Source: Cyanophora paradoxa CCMP329
Lineage: Eukaryota > Plantae > Glaucophyta
Direction: 5' to 3'
NCBI GenBank assembly: GCA_004431415.1
Contig: QPMI01000241.1
Location: 62,001-126,000 of the forward strand
DNA length: 64,000 nt
A program made the translations under genes and the position numbers. Below, piece after piece: positions 12,155 to 21,267 of the stretch; within the stretch, counting starts at the first letter, position 1; every line of letters starts with the position of its first letter. The notes below the pieces were generated by a model, which saw only the letters and a program-made list of their open reading frames with translations, was not told the DNA's origin and ran no database searches.

Positions 12155-12650
12155 AGCGCGCGGCGGCATGCGCACTTGGTAAGCGCGCGGCGGCATGCGC
12201 ACTTGGATCACAGGGACTGGACGAAGCTTCAATGTGTCTGGCTTAGTACTTACGCCACGCCGCAGCATTGCGCAGCGCTAGCTACGAAGCCAAGCACCCC
12301 GAGCAGCAGCTGCTTTGTGAGCATCGAAACGCATGGACTGCGTGAGGAAGCTGGACGCGCACCATGGCGCGCTGACGAAGCTTCAATGTGCGGAGCTGCA
12401 TGTGACGCCACGCCGCCGCGTTGCGCAGCGGCCTGCGTTGCGCAGCGGGCTGCGCGTACGTTGCCCACTGGCCCGCGCGGCACTTGAAGAGCACCTTCAC
12501 TTGGTGAGCACACTCATTCGCTTTTGGTTTGCAGGGCCGGGCTTGAGCGAACCTTAAATGTGCCTAGCCGCCGCCGCGTTGCGCAGCGCTAGCTGAAGAG
12601 CATGATCAGGTTGACATGGAGCCACACCTGCATGAGGAAGCTGCACTCGC
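12155..12650. repeat. Internal direct repeats between the RepHel and RPA-like genes
   Basis: Exact 25-bp duplication AGCGCGCGGCGGCATGCGCACTTGG (12155-12179 and 12182-12206). Three degenerate longer units sharing aatgtg...cgccgc...ttgcgcagcg start near 12220, 12375 and 12555. Confidence 0.65.
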
Positions 12651-12874
12651 TGGCATCGCACACGGGGGGCGTAGCGCATTTCTCAATCCCTGCTGGATCA
12701 GGCAAGTCGCGCGCTAGCCGACTCTCAAGGCCCTCGAGCTCTGCAGATCTAGATGTACCTCCTGTTTGGACCCATCTCTAAACGTTTACATGGTTTTGCA
12801 GGAGAAGAGAAATTTTTCGAAGCAATCGAAGGTGTAAATTGCAATTGCAAGGAGCTACAAGGAGAGGAGGATGA

Positions 12875-15800
12875 TCATGAGCTTGCAATGCCAAGCTCGG
12901 CTAAGGTTTGCTTCTCGAGCTTCTCCAGGCGCAGGTACTCGTCATTGATCTTCTTGCGGGTGTCTGGGTGACTCATGAAGTGAGACGCTTGTAGGGGCTG
13001 GCGGAGTCGAATGCCGGCAAGTGTCTTGCAACGGCTGATTGCGACGTAGACCTGGCCGTACGCGAAGGGCCGGTCGGCATCAATGTACACTGCATCACAT
13101 GTCGAGCCCTGGCTCTTGTGGATTGTGATGGCGAAGGCAAGTTCAAGAGGGAACTGGGAGCGGAACATCTGTACTCCCTGATAGCTGAGCTTGCTTGTAC
13201 AGGGAATCAAGGGCACAACAGCGTAGTCGGCCTCAGGAGGAACAGGGATGAAGGAGGCTCCGCGGTACTGGGCCTTCGGGATCCGGACAAGGAGAATAGG
13301 CGGCTGGTACGAGCAGCGCTGTTTGACCATATCTGCTGCTGAGTGCGGAAGGGGCTCAGACCCGGGTGCGAGGAGGATGTCGTGAACTTCGACGATCGTG
13401 CCATTGGTAAGGCCCAGCGCTACATCCACATTTCGAGTGATCATCACCCTTGCCCCTCGCGCCAGGGTCACGCTGGCTGGGAGGCCGTTGCGCTTCCACT
13501 TCGCATCCTTGCCGAGGACCGATGTGAAAAGTCGTGCAGCACGTTCACTTCCAAGTGGAGGTGCAAGAACTTGTCTCTTCTTGCGGCCACGACGCTGTGG
13601 CTTTGCTGCGTATTCATCTAATGTTGCATGCAATCATCAGTGAAGGAAAGAGTCTTCGGAGTTGGGGCAGGCACTGTACCATCATCGCTGTCATCAGCTG
13701 CACGAGCCTCTGCCTCAGCATCAGCTGAATCGGCGAACAGGTCCTCGTTTGTCTCTCCCTCTTCATTGAGCTCGGGATCCGCTTGCTGATTTCCGTCACC
13801 ATGGGCCCGGGTTGCTGGTGCGAAGGACTCAGAGCTGAAGGCGTGGTGTGCGTAGATGGTCATGGGTGCATGAGCACGTCCATGTGAGCGCAGCTCTCTC
13901 ATGGAGCACGCATTCAACTCGTCCTTGATAGCATGCGTTGTGGCAAGCAAAAGCGAGCCATTGGGGGGAGGCTGGCCAGGCATGTACTGCTTGTTCAGCT
14001 CAGCCAGATCGGAGAGCAGAGTTGATGTCTCCCCTACCCTCCTTCTGGTAAGGATCCCTCCAAGACGAGCACATCCATCCTGCCTGAATAGTTTCCGCAG
14101 GATGATTGCTCTCGGGATTCTCTTCCAAAGCCGGAGACCAGCCTGCAAAGACAAAAAGCATGAGCACAATTCAAGGTTCCCGCCATGCTAAAAGTACGCA
14201 CATTCGACTCTGGGACACCAATCTCGTTAGCGGCATAGCGTTTAATAACACCCTCGTACAGGGCGCGGTCAAGAACGGGAGGCAGCTGGTGAAAATCTCC
14301 AAACATGATCACATGGAGGCCTCCGAAGGGTCGATTGCCGTCGAGGATGCTACGGAGCCGCTCATCAATACGAGCAAGCAGCTTTGCTCCAAGCATGCTG
14401 TACTCATCGATGATGAGAAGCTGCACGTCTTTGAGCTCCCTCAACAGAGCCGTCCGGACGTTGTCGGTCATGATGGTGGACCTGCGAATGCCGAGGTGTA
14501 GGAACTTGTGGATGGTCATTCCGCCCACAAGGGTGGCCGCCTTGCCAGTTGTTGCACACACGACTACTGGCCCGTGTGTTGTTGTGCGTTCGAAAGGACA
14601 TACCATTCGAGCGCCCCGAACAACAGCACGAATGACCTTGCTTTTTCCAGTGCCCGCAGCCCCTCCGACAATGAGCTCCAGCTGCTCTGTGCGCCCATCT
14701 GAATCGATTCCACGTCGCTTCGTAAGGAAGTCCATGGCCAAGTCGTAGATAACCCGTTGACCGCTGGGGTCCAGATCTGCACCTGGGTCATCGGCTGTAC
14801 CACGAGGATCGCAAGGCCTGTGATAAGGAAGAAGACCAGATCAGGCCCAATTTTGCATCCAGATCTGCAGTAAGGAATGAAGGAACGTACTGGCTTTGAT
14901 TGCTGAGGTTATGCTTGTCTGCATCAGCCTCAAGCTCAGCACGGAAAGCAGCTCTGACTGCTTGTCCTTGCTGGATCAGAAAGGTTTGTGCTTCATGGTA
15001 CATCCTTGTTGAGGCATGACGTAATTCTGGGGGACCATCCTCAGCATCATCTCCTGCAGCATCGCTGCCGGCATCGTTGTTGTCAAGCAGGGCGTCCTCG
15101 AACGTGTACTCATCTTCATCATCGCCGTCATTTTCTCCCTGAGATGAGGCATGTGCTCCTTGGACGCCTTTACTTGCATTAGCTTCACGTTGCTTCAGAT
15201 GTTCCTCACGCATGCGTCGCAGACGAATCTCCTTCTGAATGAGCTCCCGCATGTCGGCATCGATGTCATTGTAGCAGTCGCGCAGGTGCTGTACTGCTGT
15301 CTTGCCCTCAGGAACAATGTCAGACAAGCGGCGCCATGGTTTGTACAGGAAGAGGATGTTGTAGGCCGAGTCTTCATCATCGATGTTGACCGGGACATGA
15401 GGATGAACAAGAACCACGGCATCCTTCTCCCTACGCATGATGGTGCGATTTGCAAGATTTCTGGCCCTCGCCGTCCTGTGCTGGCTGTGAGGAATATTGC
15501 AGGTTTCTCACGTGTATTTCAAGTCTTGTGCACCTGCCTCTGTTGACGTCATCTTCTCGGGAACGCTTCCATCGGGATGCGTACTTGTAGCAACATAGGT
15601 CTTCCCATTGCTTCGGCTCTGCGTCATTTTAGAGGAGGACTAGTGCCCCATTTTGAGTGAAGCTCAAGGTTCTAACCTTCGTCTTGCAAGGGGACTGCAC
15701 CACCAGGCCGCTGGGAGTACTCCTTTGCAATGGCTGGGAGGAGGTCCTCGTCCTCATCATCTGGAAGCATGGAGTCGTTGCCCTCAGAAGCAAACGTTGC

Positions 15801-18800
15801 AGCTGGAGCAGGTGCCCCTGATTGCGACGCAATGACGACGTGCCCCTCACCAGCCCGACGAACGCTGACGTGCACACATGGGCGTGGCTTTTCAGATAGG
15901 TCCTTGCGAAGCAAAAGCAGAGCAGCCATTTGGCTGTGCACAACGCGAACGCCAACGAGGGAGTTGCCAACGGCCTGAATGAGACGTCGGCGAGGAGCGT
16001 TGCGCTCAACATGCGCTGCAAGCTGCTCCCGGATGTGGGCAAGGAGGTCCTTGAAATCCGGCTCGCACTTGGTGCTGTAGTTGGCCACATACTGAGCAAC
16101 ACCATAGGCGTTGACTACGACCTTCAAGTTCATGTTTGCCCTCCAGATGATGAGAAGGACAGGAGAGTACTCTACGACGTGAACATTATCACGTTTGAGG
16201 TGAATTTCAAGCTTCAATTCCGCTTTGTCCTCCTCTTCTTTGAACTCGATCCAAGTTGCTTCAACCTCGCCTTCTTTAGGGAAGTTGAAGCGACAAGTGC
16301 TGCCTGTGAAAGAAGACAGATCTTAGAAAGAAAGGCCTAGGGAGGTCACTTTCAAGGAAAGAGCAAGGCGCACCCTTTTTAAAGCAGGTGCCTCCTGGCT
16401 TGCATTTGTGGATCTGGCATTCACCAACAAGCTCATGCAGGAATCTGAGCAATGCTGGATTCGAAAAGGATGTGGCTGGAGGATCTTGGGCGCAGGCTTG
16501 TGGGGTGCATGGATGGGGTGCTGGTCCCGCATCTGCCTCGGCGTGGTCTCCTTCTGAAGATGGATCTCCAGGCTCTGGTGCTGCTGTCTCCGGCTCCCAT
16601 ACCCTCCATGCTGACACATACATGTCCAGCACCTCTGCAAGTACTTTTCGACCTTCTTCATCCGCAATGAAGTCGCTGGGGTCCTTCCACTCTCCAAGAG
16701 ATGCAAAGAACAGCATGCACCACAGAAGGGCATGTACGTGCAGGCTGCCGCGTGCCTGTATAGAAACAAACTCAGCAGTTGTTTGAAAGCCTTTCTGACT
16801 CAATAGCCTCACCTGACACTCATACCGCCAGAAGAAGTCCGTTAAACGTCCCAACGGGTGTGCAATGTGGTCTTTGATCACCTCTTCAAAGAAGGTCTGC
16901 CACCTGCATATATAGCAAGAATGTCGGAATTTGTCAAGCATATGAGCTGAATCGTCATACCTACGTGTGAAGAGCTCAACACAAAGTACAGGGTTGGCAG
17001 CAACAAGGCGAGCCCGCTGAGCTCTGGAGAGAGCACGAGCTTCCTCTATTGTGGCAACGAGGCCGGCAGCAACAGCGAGCTCAGGCCAGATGGTGTCCGC
17101 CGCAGAGAGAGTGAGAAACCAGGTGGGAACTTTCACCTGTGCATGTGTTTCACTACCAATTTCTGTGGTCATCATATGCTGCCTCATGCACACCTCAGAG
17201 AGTGCCGGAGAGTTGATCATTGCCATGATTTCTGCTCTGCGACTCTTCCAGTATGCAAAGGTATCACGAAGGCTGACGAACACAGCGTCACCAATGACTG
17301 TAAGCATATTTGAAATCAATCAGTGCACCTGTCAAACCAAGGCATCAGTCGTTGCATAAGCTCCTTGGTTCTTTCCTTTGTGACTCCATTCACAACATCC
17401 ATTATGTCTGCCATTGATGGAAGCTTGCCATTGTTAATGCTTTTGTCCAGGCGATAAGCAACTTTGCTGGCCTTCTGCCTCTGCAAATCGGGTGGGATTT
17501 CAGAGGTGAGTCATTGTAGTACTGCATGAAGAAATTAAACCTGAGTCAAGTTGATGCAGTAGAAAAGGAAGGTGTGATCACGGGCAAAGCGTTGATCGTA
17601 GAATCGAAGGCAATGCTCAATGTACTCATCGAACTCGAGAAGATCTGGGTTGTCGCTATACGCTCCCCGTCCATTCGGAAACAGGTGCGGACAGATGAGC
17701 GCAAATAGATTCCGATTCTCGTACTCATTGACAGGGCTGTCCAGCCTCGGAATCTCCACTGTTGGACGTTGGGCCGACCTGCTGTATCGTCATTTTCAGA
17801 TTGAATTCATCGATCAGATTGGGATGATGGACACCTTGTCTTCTTCTGAGTTTCTGAAAGAATGCGCTGGACACTCTCGTCAGGGTCTTCATCAGTAGTA
17901 GAAAACAGCACGCAAGACTGATGCTGGCTCAGTGAAGCAAGAGCCTCGTCGCCCATTTCCTCATCAGGACCATCCTCGTCGAGGAGTAGCTCAGCAAGCT
18001 GCTCAGCTGGTACGTCCCCTGCTGGCGTTGGAACAGTGCTCTCTGCAACTGGTATATCAATTCGCCCTGAATCATAAGCACGAAGGTTCTCTTCGCTGAT
18101 TTCAACTCCTTCATACAGGGCATTGTTCTTCAACTGCATGTGCAGTGTGAGAACCTTAGTCAGGCTCTTATCCATTAGAATGCGAACCGTTACCAACCAA
18201 CGCAGAGCCGAGCGAAGTTTCTCTGGCCGAACTGTGAGTTTGGGAGGCCGGGAGTCGCCCTCCGTTCGAATGTACACCATGTCAGCCTCATCGGGAAGGC
18301 GTGGCAGCCTGCTTATGACGGTGCCAAGCGGGTTCCAGTAGGAGATGCAGTTGCCTCTGGAATACCGCTGACCAGAAGGATGGTGAGTGAAAACTTTGAC
18401 AAGAGCACAGGCCCGAGAGATGAGCCTGATCTCCTGCTCGTTCAGATTGCTGAGTGCGTCAGGGATCCTCCCGAAGTCGAAAGCTGCTATGGATGTCTGA
18501 GGTGCACATTTCTTTGCCACAAGGATACCGGTGCACTTATTGCAAATCCGGAAATGTGGAACGTCGCATCCACATGCAGAGGTGCACAGTTCGCAACACT
18601 TGCTTCGATGCGTCCCATGATGGCTGTCTTCCTTCAGCACAGCGAGCACCTTGCCGTCTTTTTCACGAATGTATGCTGGAGGCATAAGAAGGGATCCAGG
18701 CTTGTCAATATCCTCCCTGCGAATGAAGATTTCTTAATGTGCTGCGACTCATGAGTACCATTGGTGGCTAACAATTTGAAATACAGGTACTGAAGAGCAG

Positions 18801-19815
18801 GATGGTCGACTGGGAAGAAAGGATGGTCCGAGAACTGAGATGAAGGGTTGAGCTCTCCGCAACAGGCACATATGTTGAAGGTGCTCTCCTTCCCCCACCG
18901 CTTCATAAATTTAGATATAAGTCGGGCCACTGAATCTGCAGGAGGGAGCTCTGTACGGCAGAGTTAGTGATCCTCTGGTATGCAACCACAACAAGGACTC
19001 ACTGGAGCTGCTGTGCGAGCGCAATTGATGAGAACGCAGGCTGGCTGCTGATGCATACGAATTGCCACAGTCGGCACAGAGATGCAATCTCTCAGACCCA
19101 CGGTGTTCTGATGGTTCAGAATCGATCTCCTCTCTGTCCACGTATGCATGGCATTTGCCTCGCCGCCGATGGCGCTGGAAAGCAGCTGGATCCATTTTCT
19201 TGTGACACGTTTCACAAGTTTGCATAGAGCCTTCTCCAACTCCATGTTCATTCTGTAGTCAGCATTAGATGGGTACTGAAGTGTAAATTAAAGGAAGACT
19301 GAACATCAACTACCACTGACCATTGTGGATGTCCAGTACCTTCCTGCTCCCTTGAACTCCAGTGTCCGTCGGAGTCGGCGAGGTCGGTGGTCATGATCAG
19401 ACTCAACGTCATGATCGTTTCGGGCCGCAGCGCTAGCAGCAGCTGCAGCCAAGGAGGAGCTGGCATCGTCCTCCAAAGCATTGCCCTGATCTTGGGCTTG
19501 CGCCCCGTGTATAGAATCAGAATCAATGTCCATTGGCATTGCAGCATCATTTGCGTGTGTGCTGTCATGCGTATGCATGTGGTTTGCATGTTCACATTCA
19601 TGAGCACATTCAAGAGCATTGACAGCAGTCGGAAGAGCAGGGCTCCGATGCACAAGATAGTGCCACCGTCCTCTGTTTCGCTCTTGAATGCACACACGGT
19701 TTGCTGCAATGATATAGATGTCAGGAAAAAGATAAAAGAAAGGAAAAAAGAGACGCACATATGCTGGAAAAAGTTTGAGGGTGTGGAAGGGATGGTGAGA
19801 TCGAATCGCGGCCAT
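12875..19815 (-). CDS. Helitron RepHel transposase: zinc fingers, DUF6570-like region, HUH Rep domain and PIF1-family helicase (multi-exon)
   Basis: C2H2 finger CADCGNSYASAASLRSHQLRSH. DUF6570-like FDFGRIPDALSNLNEQEIRLIS...VRPEKLRSALRWL...NNALY. Rep motifs PTWFLTLSAAD, ECQ|ARGSLHVHALLW (HUH) and YVANYSTK. PIF1 motifs GAAGTGKS, ATTGKAA, LIIDEYSM, PFGG...GDFHQLPPV, QFPLELAFAITIHKSQGST and GQVYVAISR. The exon joins I checked are in frame. The start may lie further upstream, because a splice acceptor precedes the ATG. Confidence 0.95.
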
Positions 19816-19895
19816 ATCCGCCTGCAGCAAGCAAAACAATAGGAGAATAGGAGCAGCGTGAGCTCGAGGCCCCACCGGAGAAGAGGCGCGCGAAG

Positions 19896-20430
19896 AGGCG
19901 CGCGAACTCACCGTGAGGCTGAGAAGAAGATGCGCATGAGGAGCTGTTCGACGACAGGCCGCGATCTGCAACCGGGCGCCCAATCAGAGAGGTGGCCGCG
20001 CGTGGCGCACGAGCTCTTGGCGCGATAGCTAGTTGTGCGGCCTGCGCGCGAGCTCGCCTTCTGGTTGAGAAGAAGAAGTAGTGCTCGGAGCGACAGCAAA
20101 CGACAGGCCGCGATCTGAAACCGGGCACCCACTTAGACAGGTGGCCGCGCGCGGCGCACGAGCTCTTGGAGCTAGTTGTGCGGCCGGCACGCGAGCTCGC
20201 CTTCTGGTTGAGAAGAAGAAGTAGTGCTCGAAGCGACAGCAGACGACAGGCCTCGATCTGCAACCGGGCGCCCAGTCAGAGAGGTGGCGGCGCGGAGCAG
20301 GCTAGCTAGGGGGCCGCTGGATCGTGAGCTCTGCGGCCGCCGGCTCGCGGGCTCACCTTGCGGCTGAGAAGAAGAAGATGCGCAAGACGAGCTGTTCGAC
20401 GACATGGCGAGATCTGCACCCGAGAGGTCA
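19896..20430. repeat. Tandem array of about four degenerate ~145-155-bp units inside the Helitron 5' region
   Basis: GAGAAGAAGA...CGACAGGCCGCGATCTGCAACCGGGCGCCCA.TCAGAGAGGTGGC recurs at about 19921, 20067, 20210 and (more degenerately) 20366. Confidence 0.85.
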
Positions 20431-20570
20431 TGCGCCGTCGGCGTCTATGCACACCCATCTCGGGATTGCCGGGCGGCATGGGAGTTCACCTTTCATCTCG
20501 CAAGAGAGTGTCATGTTTGAAGAAAACGCAATCGACGAGCTCGGATCTGCGGGCGGCGGACGCGGGGCAG

Positions 20571-20822
20571 TCAGAACCATCCGATGATCGGCGCACACTC
20601 GGCCAAGCGGCGCGCACCGGAACGCGGCGTCGCGGGCGCCTTCTTCCTGCACTGGCGAACGTGCTTATACAGGTTGTCCTGCCGAGTGAAGTGCTTCCCG
20701 CAGCGAGTGCATTTGCCGCCCGGATGGCAGCCGCGCGGGTCGGAGCAAGGCTGCAAGCTCGAGCAAAGCTCAACTTCGCTTGCGACTACGTCTGTCGGCC
20801 GCGGACCCGGGCGAAGGGCCAT
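20571..20822 (-). CDS. Zinc-finger exon (C2H2-type fold ending in Cys) inside the Helitron; a small gene or an upstream exon of RepHel
   Basis: KCTRCGKHFTRQDNLYKHVRQC has the C-x2-C-x3-F-x5-L-x2-H-x3-C spacing. An in-frame ATG lies at 20822. Downstream splicing is unresolved. Confidence 0.55.
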   Translation of the reverse strand: MALRPGPRPTDVVASEVELCSSLQPCSDPRGCHPGGKCTRCGKHFTRQDNLYKHVRQCRKKAPATPRSGARRLAECAPIIGWF

Positions 20823-21194
20823 GACGACGCAGAAGAACGAAGTACGGGTACGGCAACACGATCTCCTCCAACTCTCAGGAGCGCTTTTTCTCGGCGCCCG
20901 GTACAACAGGTACTTGAGGCGGCCTAGCGCGCCGCACGCCGCTTCTCGAGCCCGGGCATGTATGACAAAGTTTGTAGAGCGCGTCGAGAGCAATCAGGAG
21001 CACGTGGTCCGGCGTGTATAGCGATAGCAGGTGAGGCGCGACTTCGACATGTTTGCGCAGCCCCGCCCCTGCATTTTTTTCGGCCGCTCGCAGCGGCTAC
21101 GATGCGATCACACCTATACGAGAGCGCATGCAAAGAATCGCATCTTACAAAAATTGCTAACACAGAAAGTACGCCGCACCAACTCACCAGGGGA

Positions 21195-21221
21195 GCAAGG
21201 GAGGGGGTACCCCCCCTTGCA
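21195..21221 (-). repeat. 5' terminus of the Helitron: terminal inverted repeat folded with an adjacent partial inverted copy
   Basis: Plus strand GCAAGGGAGGGGGTACCCCCCCTTGCA is self-complementary apart from a 2-nt bulge; its last 15 nt are the exact reverse complement of 7023-7037. Confidence 0.85.
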
Positions 21222-21267
21222 ACTTAGCCATTCCTGTTATGACCATGTGTACGAGCTGCGCGCGGGA

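Larger units (their letters stand above)
6966..21221 (-). mobile_element. Full-length Helitron-like rolling-circle transposon (HLE2/Helitron2 type), about 14.3 kb, encoding RepHel, an RPA70-like protein and a TET/JBP-like dioxygenase
   Basis: Perfect 15-bp inverted repeats: TGCAAGGGGGGGTAC (7023-7037) and GTACCCCCCCTTGCA (21207-21221). A 13-bp-stem hairpin (6974-6986/7007-7019) and CTAG (6966-6969) mark the minus-strand 3' end. A partial inverted copy lies next to the 5' repeat (21195-21220). Both minus-strand flanks are T and there is no TSD. The interior has lower GC than host genes and encodes an HUH Rep domain plus a PIF1 helicase. Confidence 0.9.

Noticed and set aside
11731-12874. Possible AP-endonuclease or additional gene downstream of the helicase, as in Helentrons
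   Set aside because: No endonuclease motifs and no consistent exon chain are visible; the region is mostly short repeats.
19896-20430. Regularly spaced repeats resembling a CRISPR array
   Set aside because: The units are similar along most of their length with no unique spacers, there are no cas genes, and the context is eukaryotic; this is a tandem repeat.
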